Part shown: piece after piece, positions 1 through 13,198 of the stretch | Numbering within the stretch: position 1 is the first letter of the stretch | How the letters are laid out: every line of letters starts with the position of its first letter | Source: Eledone cirrhosa | Lineage: Eukaryota | Reading direction: 5' to 3' | DNA: 64,000 nt | Assembly: GCA_964016885.1 (NCBI GenBank) | Contig: OZ024741.1 | Span: 78,182,001-78,246,000 of the forward strand | Position numbers and translations under genes: made by a program | Notes under the pieces: generated by a model | Database searches by the model: none | Seen by the model: the letters and a program-made list of their open reading frames with translations, nothing else | What the model was told of the DNA's origin: nothing

Positions 1-99
1 TCAATACAAACAATGAAGGAAATGAATGTATAGGATGTTTTGTGAGCTTATTGATTTGCATTAAAATATACAACAAAATAAATGTCATTTTTTATTTTT

Positions 100-500
100 G
101 TTTTAAATATTATAAAACAGGTGTTTGTTTTAATTTTTTTTTCATAACTCTATACAGCTGCACCTTGACCCCTGACATGTCACTTTCTAACTACATTTGG
201 ATATGCATCCATTTTCAAAAATTCTAAAAACAGCATCAAGTTCTTTAATAGAAAATTCCTTTCTTTACATTCCAGCATCATCAGTTCTACTTTGGTCATT
301 ATCTTCATCACATGTACATTGCTGTTCTTAATTTAATAAGTCTCCATCATTTGAGTCCACACAATACCAGTGCAGCAGTACTGCTATCTATTCTACACTT
401 TGACAGGCATAAACCAACTTAAGTGATTTCTGCTATAACCCCTGTAATTTCATCTTTGGAGTCATGAAAATTATTTGTGCAGCTGTCATATTGCTGACTA
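100..500 (-). mobile_element. Possible decayed Tigger/pogo-like transposase C-terminal relic
   Basis: The minus strand reads as broken acidic coding-like sequence with an ...FENxD..PNVxR...YEKK-like ending. Many stops; resemblance only. Confidence 0.2.
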
Positions 501-1759
501 ATATCCCATGTCATGCATCATCATTACTATTTTTTTTACATCTATTTTCCATTCTTACATGGGTTAGATGGGTTGTCACATTCTGAGGTCTGACTGGGTG
601 CTTTTTTAGTGGCATCAGCACTATCACTTTACAGAGTGGGCTTGGTGCATTTATCATGGCCAAACACTACCACTTTACAGTGTGGGCTGAGTGCATTTTA
701 TTATCTTTGCACCTAATAAATTTTTCATGTTATAGTTGTCTCCCCACACACCCCAAATCTATAAGCTGTAAAAAAAAGGGCTAAAATGCAGCTCCATTTG
801 AGCAAGGTTCAGCGCCGTGAGCTGGCCAGACTTCATAGTCTGATCCTTGCAAGCATGGAAAATAAGACATTAAGTGTTGATGATAATGATGATGATGACA
901 CACACACACACACACACACACATATGTAGAGAGAGGTTCAGTTGGAAAATAGGTCCAGGGCTTGGAAAACTAAGGATGGGTCTGTGAACATCTGATGCTC
1001 TTTTCCTAAAATGAAAAAAAAAAAGAACTCCTAAACCTTGAATTTTGTGAGTAGCTGTCCACCCCTTATCTGGGGCTTGAAAACACTCTTGTTCCGCCTT
1101 GCAAAATGTCTCTTGGTGGCTCTGTTTTCTGCCAAACAGAACATAGCTATTTTCCCCAAAAGATTGTTCTATTAACTATAAATCATTATGCAGTGAGAAA
1201 ATAAACAATTTTCTCACTGATATATAAAACTGATATTAGTCAATGACTAATACTGTTTCCATTGAAGCCTATATTGTGGAATGTATCTTGTGAGTATTTT
1301 CCTCGATTACACTCCAGGTTATCAGCAAAATGTGATTTGCTTGGTATAATGAGAATTTAGAATATGATTGATTTAAGAATTTTCTTCTAAACTGGTCTGC
1401 TACAGATTATAACTAAGCCTTTTTTATGGCTTAGAAGAGCATATGACCTGTGCAGATCCACTGTCAGTGTTGGACAGAAAGATAAGAAACCACTCCTCTT
1501 GGCTGTTGTTTAGCTTCAACATAATCCGGATTGAACAAAAACCGTCTTTCCTTGACAATCCAATCTGTTTGTATATCCAGAGTCCACATTATCCAAAGTG
1601 TCTTTCATTTTTTTAAGAGGGTAGAGTTTGATTTTATGGTTGCTTTGGCTGTTTTTTTATGTAGGTTATGTGACTATCTAGAGACCCTCTTGTTGACTCT
1701 GTAAAAGGACTGATGGAGGTATCGAGTTGATAATGTTTTGTGAGACTATTGAGGGGAAT

Positions 1760-3115
1760 GTTCTGTCTGGGGTTACTTGGATTGATTTTGGCTAGTTAGT
1801 CACAAGATGTATAACTCGATAAAAAACAAGCAACCCTAGAAGCTAAAGGCAAAAAATGTCAAAAGCAATATGGGGGCCTCTTCTACTCAGTTAAATGCTG
1901 TTGAGGAAGAAATAAGGACTTGCAAAAAATGTGAAGAGATATTTGATGATGACAAAGATCATCTCAGAATGTGAAAGATGTGATGAATTTCTATGTCAGA
2001 AATGTTTAGGCATTGATGATACCCAGTGTGCATTGTTGTCTATTGCGAACTTGCACTTCTGTGATAACTGTAACTTAGCTGCTGTTATCAAAATCAATAT
2101 AGAAATTGAAGCAAAGAGCAAAACATACTGTTAAAAGGTTAAGACAAGACTGGCTAACTTGGAAACTGTAATGTCTCAGAAAGCTGACAAGACTATTCTT
2201 GATGGTATTAATACCAAAATCAAACAACTTGAAAATGACATTGCTGGACTATCCAAGAATATGTAAAAAACAAACAAATATTCTACAAAATAAATTGTCA
2301 CCCGGGGATAACTAGCAGGAGAAGAAGATAAAGTACTTGAATCAGCTTTTATTGGTGAGTCTGTTAAAATTATATCAACTGACCACTATCTTGGACCCCA
2401 AGAAGGACAAGGGCAAAGAAATCTAGGTAATAAACCCAATGTAATTAACCCAGCTGATCTAGACAACAAAACATAATGGCAACAGTCCAACAAACTGGGT
2501 ACCACAGACCTGTTAGGGTAAAATTGGAAGATATTGAATGTAAGAAAAAACTACCGAAAAAAGCTCCGAAGATCAGAAATGAGGCGAATGTAGACAGACA
2601 GAACTAAAATGGAACATGAAGCAAAACTGGGATTTTCCTCATGGCTGGTGGAAAATATATAGGTGAAGAGTTTAAAGACTCTGTCCAATCAATTGAACCC
2701 CCCCCCCCCCCCAAGGGCTATTGTCGTTTAGACGAATCACGAATATGTATCACTGAAATTAAATTTTTCACATTGTCGAATATGGACACTCACTCAGGTT
2801 GATGAAGCAGTATTCATATACCATTGCCAAATCTAATTTCTTTGCACTGGAAGTGGTATAATCCTGGAACTCTTTTACCAAATGATATCATAAATACACC
2901 AACTCTGGTTTCCTTCAAAGAAAAATTGAGGATTCTGCTCCTTTGAGCTAAATGACCACTAACTGATCTGACTCACTCGTTAGGAATCGGCACATTAAGA
3001 TGTCTTGACCTGTTCTAAACAACAGCAACTGGCCTAGTTATGAACTCCAGAAAATTACTAATCAGGTTTTCCTCGTTACCCTTCTCTCATTCACTCTCAT
3101 AAATAGATAAAAAAT
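1760..3115 (+). mobile_element. Degenerate, internally deleted CR1/L2-group LINE (PHD-finger ORF1 relic plus ORF2 3' end)
   Basis: 1921-2070 encodes CKKC...ECERCDEFLCQKCLG...HFCDNC across a frameshift (PHD-like). A coiled coil and RPVRVKL follow. About 2860-2935 reads WNS-LPNDIINTPTLVSFKEKL, the typical CR1 ORF2 end. Confidence 0.6.
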
Positions 3116-3124
3116 AAATGCTAC

Positions 3125-5849
3125 AAAACCACCTGATCACCTATAGATCAGGGGAGCATTCTAGTCAGATAGATTTTATCCTCATCAGAGGACGTGACAG
3201 ATGGACGGTCGTAAACACAAAAGCCTTCCCTAGTGAGGAATGTACATCCCAACATAGCTTAGTTGTCAGCGACCTCACAGTTAGAACTAGACGAACCTGG
3301 AAACAGAGGCCAACCTGGAGAAGAAAGATCTGGAAGCTGAAAGACCCCCTCAAGCAGTAACAGATTTAAAGATATTTTACTCAATGCCTACGACAGTAAA
3401 GAAGAACAGATAGAGACATTCAATGTAGATCACTGGGAGTTCCTAAAAAATAACTTACTAGAGGCGACGGATGAGGTCTGTGGCTGGAGTAAGACCACAA
3501 GCAGGAGGAGAGTGACTTGGTGGTGGAACAATGAGGCAGTTAAGGCCAAGAGACAGGCATGGAAAGAATGGAAGAACGTGGGGAGCAGGGTACATTACAT
3601 AGAGACCAAGAGGGAAGCTAGGTGACAAGTATAATTAGCTAGGAGGGAAGCAGAGGATAGAAAATTCAAGCATGTTTTGCAACGTAAGGACCTGAAACAG
3701 GAGGTGTTCAAGATTGCGAGGCAGTGTGTCAGAGAGAATTGTGATGTCATTGGAGAGAAGTGTATCCGGAATGATAAAGGTGAGCTTGCCCTCACAAGTG
3801 CTGAGAAGAAAGATGCATGGAAGAGTCATTATGATAGATTACTAAATGAGGAGAATGCATGGGAAGAAGAGACCCTACCCCAAGTAGACCCTATAGAGGG
3901 GCCAGCAGTACAAGTCAGCAGCAGCGTAGTAAGTAAGGCAATCAAAGATATGAAGATGGGGAAGGCAACCGGTCCATCGGGTATAGCTGCCGAGATGCTG
4001 AAGGCATCTGGGTCTGTAAGTCACACTATAACCACACGTATTGTTAACCAGGTAATACTAGAAGGTGTCATACCAAAAGATTGGTGCAGTAGCATCATTG
4101 TCAACTGCTACAAAGGTAAAGGTGATGCACTCGATAGAGGAAACTATAGAGGTATAAAGCTGATGGACCAGGTCATGAAAGTAACAGAAAGAGTTATAGC
4201 ACAGTTGATTAGGGACCGGGTGAAACTAGATGAGATGCAATTTGGGTTTGTACCAGGAAGAGGCACCACTAATGCCCTCTTCCTTGTGAGGCAGTTACAG
4301 GAAAAGTACCTAGCTAAAAGTAAGCCACTCTACCTGGCATTCGTCGATCTTGAGAAAGCCTTTGACAGAGTTCCACGTGCTGTAATCTGGTGGGCTCTTA
4401 GAAAACTATGAGTAGATGAATGGCTTGTGAAAGCTGTACAAGCCATGTATAGGGGAGCAGTCAGCAAAGTTAGGATTAGCAATGAGTATAGCGAGGAATT
4501 TAGCGTACAGGTCGGTATCCACCAGCGCTCTGTTCTTAGCCCCCTCCTGTTCATCATAGTCCTGCAGGCAATAACGGAGGAGTTTAAGACCGGATGCCCA
4601 TGGGAACTCCTGTATGCTGATGACCTCGCACTTATAGCTGAATCTATGGTAGAACTAGAGAAGAACTTCCAAACTTGGAAGCAGGGACTAGAAAGAAAGG
4701 GTCTCAAAGTCAACATGACAAAGACTAAAGTCCTTGTAAGTAGACGAGAAGACAGAACCCAGATCCGCTCAGGGAAATGGCCTTGCTTAGTATGTAGGAA
4801 AGGTGTAGGTAGGAACTCCATTCTCTGCCCCAAATGCAAACAATGGGTACACAAGAGATGTAGCGGGATCTCAGGAAGCTTAATTAAGAATATAGGCTTC
4901 ACATGCAGCAAACAGCCACAGAAAACAAGTACCACCAATCTCTGGGAGGGCTCTGTAGAAACAGTAGACAGCTTCTGCTACCTAGGTGACCGAATTAGCA
5001 GCGGAGGTGGGTGTTCAGAAAGTACAATAACTAGGGTAAGAACAGGATGGAAGAAGTTTAGGGAACTAGTACCACTGCTAGCTGCAAAAGGCTTCTCCCT
5101 CAAAATGCAAGGCAGACTGTATGATGCGTGTATCCGAACAGCGATGTTGCATGGTAGTGAGACCTGGGCGCTGAAGGTGGAAGACTTACGTAGATTGGAG
5201 AGAAATGAAGCCTGCATGCTCCGATGGATGTGTAATAGTAATATACGCGACCGACAAAGCATAAATGAATTGAGAGAGAGACTGAGCATAAGAGGAATCA
5301 AATGCTGTATGCAGGAGAGGCGGTTGCGTTGGTATGGACATGTCATGTGTATGAAGGATGACAACTGCATAAAAAGGTGCAGAGCACTAGAAGTCGATGG
5401 AAACCGCGGAGTGGGGAGACCCAAGATGACCTGGGATGAGGTGATAAAAGCCGACCTTACCCAATTACACCTCTCAAAGACGATGACACACGACCGTGAC
5501 CTCTGGCGTCACACAGTAATACAGAGTACCCGACCTCCCATGGGTATAAGCTGAAGCATATAGACAATATGCCCCCACACCCCCCACTGCAAGGTGGTCG
5601 TGGAGGTGCCACGTCAAAAAAGCACCCAGCCCACACTGTAAAGTGGACGTGTAGGCGCCACGAAAAAGCACCCAGCACTCGCTGTAAATGAGGTTGGTGT
5701 TAGGAAGGGCATCCAGCTGTAGAAATCAAGCCAAATCAGTTCCTGTATGAGCAAGGCATGGTCAGCCGATCAGACACTGCCCACAACAGGACAACCCGTC
5801 TAACCCATGCTAGCGTGGAAGAACGGACGTAAAACGGTGATGATGATGA
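3125..5849 (+). mobile_element. RTE-clade LINE, family A, 5'-truncated, disabled
   Basis: APE end (SQIDFIL, SQHSLV) and RT ([15 protein letters not shown]) split over ORFs 3118-3360, 3677-4411 and 4427-5554 by stops and frameshifts. RTE C-terminus (RRLRWYGH, GRPKMTW). 3'UTR ends in (GAT)n. Confidence 0.93.
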
Positions 5850-6347
5850 ACAATTCTTCCAGATTGACACCATCTCTACTACTTTAAAATCACTCACACT
5901 AACATGCACATAATCATATAAATACACAACAATATATCAATGACTTGAATCGGATTTGTTTTCCCTTCCTACGCTAAAAAACTAACGTTTCGTCTTGTCT
6001 TCTTTTTCGACCTATTTTCTTCTGATTCTACTTTATTTCCTCTTTCTCTTTTTACTTATTTCTTCTTTGTGTATTCATTTCTTCTTATTTTCTTTTTCGT
6101 TATGTTTTATATAATCGTTTTTCTCTTTCTCTATCTTCCCCACACAACAGATAAACGTCATTGCTCACTTAATAATTAAGGACAGTCGTCCTTCAGGGGG
6201 AAGCGTACCAAATTATGGAAAGTCCTTCATTACACAGATGTATGTGTATGCTACACACACACCAGGGAAGGGTATTCAATATATAACGTAGAGTTAATAA
6301 CAAAACCATTTTTACACTATGTTCCGCATTATCGACTGTTTGGGTCT

Positions 6348-6458
<111 letters not shown>

Positions 6459-9400
6459 CAGTTATACTGTGATCATACGAAGGCACCGCTTTCATGGGTA
6501 TGGTTGATTAAATATCGACCTCGGTGTTTTTAGGTCCTTGATGGAATTTAAACCAAAAACGTAAAGGAATGTTGGTAGCCAAATACCGCAAGGTATATCT
6601 GTTTTGTCGACCCTCACACCATTGTACACGTATGTACATGTGTATATAGGTGTATTTGTGTATGTGTATGCGACGAGCTTCCTTCTCGTCTATCAAATTT
6701 CACACGAGACTTACTGTATTCTATTCTGTCTCGAGTTGTCTATGATGAAATTTGAGTCACGAGCCGATCATAGTAAAATTTGATAGACGAAAAGGTATTA
6801 TTAAAGAAAGACAACCTGATGGAGGGGGTTTACCGAGTGTTCACCCCCACCCCATTCCTTAAGAAAGTTTATGGAATAATGGCGTAGCTCGAGTGTGTGC
6901 CGCCCGGGCAGTCCTTGACCCCCCCCCCCCCCCTCCACATACGCAAATATAGACAACAGACACAAAAGTGTCGTACCCCTCACTCTAACTACACTACTGG
7001 TTATGCCTGAATGTGTATATATTATGTAATAATTCGTAGACATAGTTTTCACTGCTTTCTCTTAAATACAATAATCACCACTTGTATGGTTACCACTATT
7101 CAGAGATGAGATAATCAATACTGTGACTTGAAGAAACCAAAAATATATTTGTCATTGTTTTATATGTTTTTCCATGATGGCATGGATTGAATGGATTTCA
7201 CAGTATTGTTCCACTTGTCACAATCCCAGTGATGTAGCCCTGGACCCCCCCCCCCCTCCATCAAATATATACGACAAACCAAAAGTGCTACCCCATTGTC
7301 CTCTGCATACACAGCTAAAGAGAAAACCTGGCCAGCTTTATGATATGTCATCACCCATTCTTTTCACCTTTTACCTGCACAACTTCCTTGAATCTCCCCC
7401 ATCAAATACAGACAGCCTTATATACAGATGATGGCATACTTAACTTACACCATTCTGTAGACACTGCTACACAATTTTCTCAAATGTTACACCATCTATA
7501 TATAAATTTGAGTGACGTCCGTCAGTCACACAATGTGTGTGTTTGTGTGAATGTATGTGTGTATAAAATGAAGGAAGGGGATGGTGAAAAGATTATAGAA
7601 AACAGCAGCTGGCGTTCTATTTGCTATGCTGTGTGAGTGTATGTGTGTGTTCATGTGAATGTGTCTGTGTGTATTTTTGTAAGTGTGTCTGTGTTTGTGC
7701 ATTTATATTTATATACTTCTATAAATGAATGCATATGCACATACACACATGCACACAAATATACACATACGCGTCAGCATGTTGAAAATTTTTTTATTTC
7801 ACCAGAAACTTCATTCTACAACAACAAACTCTAGCATCAAGCAAATCCACTGGTCTTCTTTCCTGCCAACAACATTAGTGAACATCAAATACAATCAACT
7901 ATCACACATAGCAACATAAACATACTAAGACAAAACTACTAGAAGTTACATATAATATTTTCACAACATTCATTATACACATAGAATACAGTAAAGAATG
8001 CAAAACATTGCACAAATCATATTTAGAGCAATCACAGGTACCACATTTGGCCAACAGAAAGAAACTGCAATGCTACATAAACACTATGTTAGCTGCATTA
8101 TAGATTATATCAGTCTACAATGGGCTGTCAATTTCATCATTATCATCATCAATATTGTTTTTACATTGACTTTTCCATGGTGGGTTGGACAGGTCATTTT
8201 GATGCAATGTTTTACAGCCAGATGCCTTTGCTGACAAAGCTTTTTAGTCACAACACACTGGGATATGGTGTACCTATTCTGAACCAGATATACACGGCTG
8301 TCTCTTCCCAATAAACTACAAAGTACACAAAATATTGCTATGTGCATCATAATGGATTGTACAGAGACATCGCCCATAGAGCACATACACAACAACACAA
8401 TAATATGGACATGATCAAGAGTGCCTAGTCCTTCTCGAGCATTGCATATGTGATAGTATTATTCAAGGACTTTCCCTAAACATGGGAGAGCATAATTTGA
8501 AGTGTATTTGACTGTTCCTAGCAGATCACATGAAAGGTTCCTTGATGATTGGATAGGTTGTTGTTTACCACTCTAGCCATAGCCATCCTGTTTTATTTCC
8601 ATGAATAGGATGGGTTGATTTAATATGCTGTTATTTGTTAAATAAGTACCAGTCAAGTACTAGGGTTAGTATAATTGATTTTCCCCTTTGCTCCAAATTA
8701 GAACTCTTCCTTCTCATGACAGGTTTCTTAATTTAAATGATTATAGTATCTTTACAAATGGAGAGATCATTGTGGAAATTTGAAGTAAAGATGTAATTTC
8801 ATGCAGTACAGGATGTTAAGAGTTAATTTTATGGAGTACAGTGCATCAACTTAGGCATTCTATATACTTGTTTAATTTGTTGTTTTAGCTCAAAAATTTA
8901 GATAAAAAATAATCCCAACCATGACTATCACATCTTTTTAGGAATATATAGGACTACATTATTTAATGTAACCTCATATCTCATAGGAAGTGTTTTAATT
9001 ATAGGGACACCAGTTTTATCATAAAGCAACATGATATGAGGTGACTTGCTGAAGAACACAATGCACTGCCTGGTACAGGAATTGAACATATGATCTTATG
9101 ATTGTGAGTGCAAAATCTTAACCACTAAGCTACTTTGCCTTAATTTTGGATGTGGGCAAGTACCATGTACTCGCCTATGTTGAGGCCACAACCAGAAACT
9201 ATAGGGATTTCGAAAAACTAAGTAGAGACCCATTACTTGATCATCTGAGTATTGATCATCTAATTTAGGATGATCGTGATGGTGAAGAGCCCCCCCCCCC
9301 CCCCCCCTCCACCATATAATGGTCATGGTAGTGAAGAGCTTCACACTAGATGATGATGGTGGTGGTAAAAAGCCACTCACATGGTCGGGAAAAGCATCAC

Positions 9401-10049
9401 ACCTGATGGTTGTGATGTTGGTGGTGAATAACCTCTCACCTGATGATGGTGCGGGGTAGGTGATTTCCTTCAGGTGTTGTAGGCTGTGTTTTTGCTCATT
9501 GGAGTTGTGGGCATTGGTTTTGAAGAAGGCTGGTTGTTATTGTTGTTGTTATTTAACCTTAGATCAACCTTGATCAAATAGTTCCAGATCAAAATTTGCT
9601 AACTTTAACCATCCTGTTTGTTTGTATGTTTTTTTCAGGATTACATTATTCAATATGTTCAACCCTTTCCTGACTATTTCTCATGAAATACACTATATTT
9701 CGATTAATTAATGAAGAATTTTGAGGGATTTATTAACATTATTTATTATTTCATTATTAAAATAGTAACTTAACATATGGTTCTTATATAAAATTGTTGG
9801 AAGATTTTAATTTAAATAGGGATCCTTTAAAACGGGTAGAGCTTGTTTTAGTCTGGTTGGTATCAAAAGGTTTAGGACAGCAGAGTGTGATTTGAGACGG
9901 ATCTTGATATTATTTCTCACAGGTTGACTGACCACATAATGGTGCCCTACTGGGTTCTTCTATATGTCTGTAAATTCCAATGGTGGCCTCTGCAGAGAAC
10001 TTACTTGGGAATTTGCCCACCTCCAGTGGGGACACCAAAGTGTGGTAAT

Positions 10050-10317
10050 AGTGTGGGTTTGACTTGATAGTGGTGGTAGTGGAGGGAATAATAGGAGTGG
10101 CAGTGATGAGTAGTATATTGATACTGGTGGTCATGAGGTTGGGGTGGGATAAAGTATTGGTGGTGGTAGAGATAGTAGTGATAGTGAGAGTGATGATTTT
10201 GGTAGTGGTGATAGCAATAATTGTAGAGGTAGTAGTTACAGGATACTGGTGTTGATGGGGAGTACAATGGTGGTGGTGGTGGCAGCAGTGGTGACAGTGA
10301 TATGGTGGTGGTGGCAA
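10050..10317. repeat. Degenerate GGT/GAT/AGT trinucleotide tract
   Basis: Low-complexity triplet repeat giving spurious Thr/His/Val ORFs. Confidence 0.8.
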
Positions 10318-10660
10318 TTATGTAGCTATAAGACGGTGAAGAAATGTGAATGGCAGAGCAGTGAAACAGCAGACTGCATTCATGCTGCAGTATAAATATA
10401 TGTATGTGTATGTGTTTATATGGGGAACATAGGAATCATGACCGTTCTGGTTTTATCTTATTAAAGTATTTTCTTATTTCCTTATGAGTTCTTCACTGTA
10501 TATATATATATATATATATACATCATCATCATCAATGTCAATTTTCCATACTTGCATGGGTTAGACGAGTTGTCATATATTTTGGGTGTATATATAGATA
10601 TATACATATATATATATACATATATATATACATATATGTATATATATATATATATATATA

Positions 10661-13192
10661 GGAGTCAATTAAGGCCAAAAAGCAGGCTTGGAAAGTATGG
10701 CGGGATGGGGGAAGTAGAGAAGACTATCAAGTGGCCAGGAGGGAAGCTAGGAGACAAGTGTACTTCGCAAGAAGGGAAGCAGAAGAAAGAAAGTTCAAGC
10801 ATATTCTACAACGTGAGGACCAAAAACGTGAGGTGTTCAGGATTGCCAGGCAATGTGTCAAGGAAAACCGTGATATTGTCGGGGAGAAGTGTGTACTTAA
10901 CGATGATGGCATACTTGCCATCACCGACGCTGATAAGAAGGTAGCTTGGAAGTGTCACTACGAAAGGCTTCTAAATGAGGAGAACAAATGGGAGAAAGAC
11001 AGTCTCCCCCAGATCGATCCAATAGAGGGACCAGCAGTGTTAGTTGAAGGTAGTATAATAAGTAAGGCAATCAAAGATATGAAGACGGGTAAGGCGGCTG
11101 GGCCTTCGGAAATAGTTGCTGAGATGCTGAAGGCATCTGGTTCGGTGGGACACACCATGGTCACCCGGATAGTTAACCAAGTCGTACAGAATGGGGTTGT
11201 TCCGAAGGAATGGCGTAGCAGCATCATCGTTAACTGCTATAAGGGAAAAGGAGATGCCCTAGATAGGAGTAACTATAGAGGCATTAAATTAATCGACCAG
11301 GTCATGAAGGTCACGGAAAAAGTAATAGCGCAACTAATCAGAGAGAGAATTGATCTAGATGAAATGCAGTTCGGGTTTGTGTCAGGCAAAAGTACCACAG
11401 ACGCTCTTTTCATTGTACGACAACTACAGGAGAAGTACCTAGCTAAAAGTAAACCCCTATACTTAGCTTTTGTCGACTTGGAGAAAGCCTTCGACAGAGT
11501 CCCCCGTTCCATTATCTGGTGGTCTCTTAGAAAACTAGGTGTTGACGAATGGCTTGTGAGAGCTATACAAGCCATGTATAAAGAAACAGTCAGTAAGGTT
11601 AGAATTAACAACGAATATAGTGAAGAATTTAGCGTAAAAGTTGGTGTCCATCAGGGCTCTGTACTTAGCCCCCTACTATTTATTATTGCCCTTCAGGCTA
11701 TAACAGAGGAGTTCAAGACCGGCTGCCCATGGGAACTCCTATACGCAGATGATCTAACGCTCATAGCTGAATCAATGACCGAACTAGAGAAGAAATTCCA
11801 AACGTGGAAGCACGGCCTAGAATCAAAAGGCCTTAAAATTAACCTGGCTAAGACTAAAGTTCTAGTTTGTAGGAAAGAAAATAAGGCGGCGGTCCCATCG
11901 GGGAAATGGCCATGCTCAGTGTGTAGGAAAGGCGTAGGTAGAAACTCCATTTTATGTCCCAAATGCAAAGTATGGGTGCATAAAAGATGTAGTGGGATCA
12001 CAGGTAAGCTAACTAAGAACATAGATTTTACATGTGGCCGGTGCTCTGGTGCAATAAGTAGCAGCAAGTGCCCACAAAATACTAGCTCCTTCAACTGCGC
12101 AGAGGGTTCTATAGAAATAGTGGACAGCTTCCGTTATCTGGGTGACAAAATCAGCAGTGGGGGAGGGTGCTCTGAAAGTACAGTAGCTAGAGTCAGAACT
12201 GGATGGAAAAAGTTCAGAGAGCTTATACCACTATTAGCCGCTAGAGGGTTCTCCCTAAAAATGAAAGGCAGGTTATACGATGCCTGCATACGAACAGCAA
12301 TGCTGCATGGCAGTGAGACCTGGGCATTGTGTGCAGAGGATATACGCAGACTAGAGAGGAACGAAGCTTGCATGCTCCGCTGGATGTGCAATAGTAATAT
12401 ACGCGAACGGCAAAGCATAAACGAACTAAGGAAAAAATTAGAAATAAGAGGGATCAGATGTTGTTTACTCGAGAGAAGGCTACGTTGGTACGGTCACGTG
12501 ATGCGCATGAAAGACGACAGCTGTATAACAAAGTGCAGGGCAATAAAGATAGACGGTAGCCACGGAGTAGGCAGACCCAGAAAAACATGGGACGAGCTGA
12601 TAAATTCCGACCTCACACGCTTACACCTCTCCAAGACAATGTCACTGGACCGAGACCTTTGGCGATACTCAGTAATAGAGAAGACCCGCCTTACCTAAAT
12701 ACAAAGTAAAAACCTACTACAGTCAGTAGTCACCTCTATCAAAACACACCCCCGTCCCTCCACCCCACCCACACCGCCCCTTTCAATGTAAAGTTATGTT
12801 GGTCCCACAACATCCAGGCCGAAACAAATGAGATCGTGTAGGTGTCACGACAAAAAACACACAGTCCACGCTGTAAATGTGGCCGTGTAGGCAACACGGT
12901 AAAAACCTCCCAGACCCACACTGTAAATGTGGTTGGTGTTAGGAAGGGCATCCAGCTGTAGAAAACCCGCCAGACAGTCCACGCTGTAATGTGGCCGTGT
13001 AGGGAACACGGTAAAAACCTCCCAGCCCCACACTGTAAATGTGGTTGGTGTTAGGAAGGGCATCCAACTGTAGAAAACCTGCCAGACAGTCCTATGCGAG
13101 CAAGACAACCACTCTTGCCTCAAGTGGGAAAACCCCCGTCCAAACCCATGCAAGCGTGGAACACGGACGCTAAACCTGATGATGATGATGAT
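10661..13192 (+). mobile_element. RTE LINE, family B, 5'-truncated, open RT ORF (10731-12698)
   Basis: Starts abruptly after a TA tract. Intact RT (QGSVLSP, YADD) with internal PHD. 3'UTR carries a duplicated module of about 113 bp and a (GAT)n tail. Confidence 0.95.
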
Positions 13193-13198
13193 ATACAT

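Noticed and set aside
9910-10317. His/Thr-rich or mucin-like ORF
   Set aside because: Degenerate trinucleotide repeat without splice or homology support.
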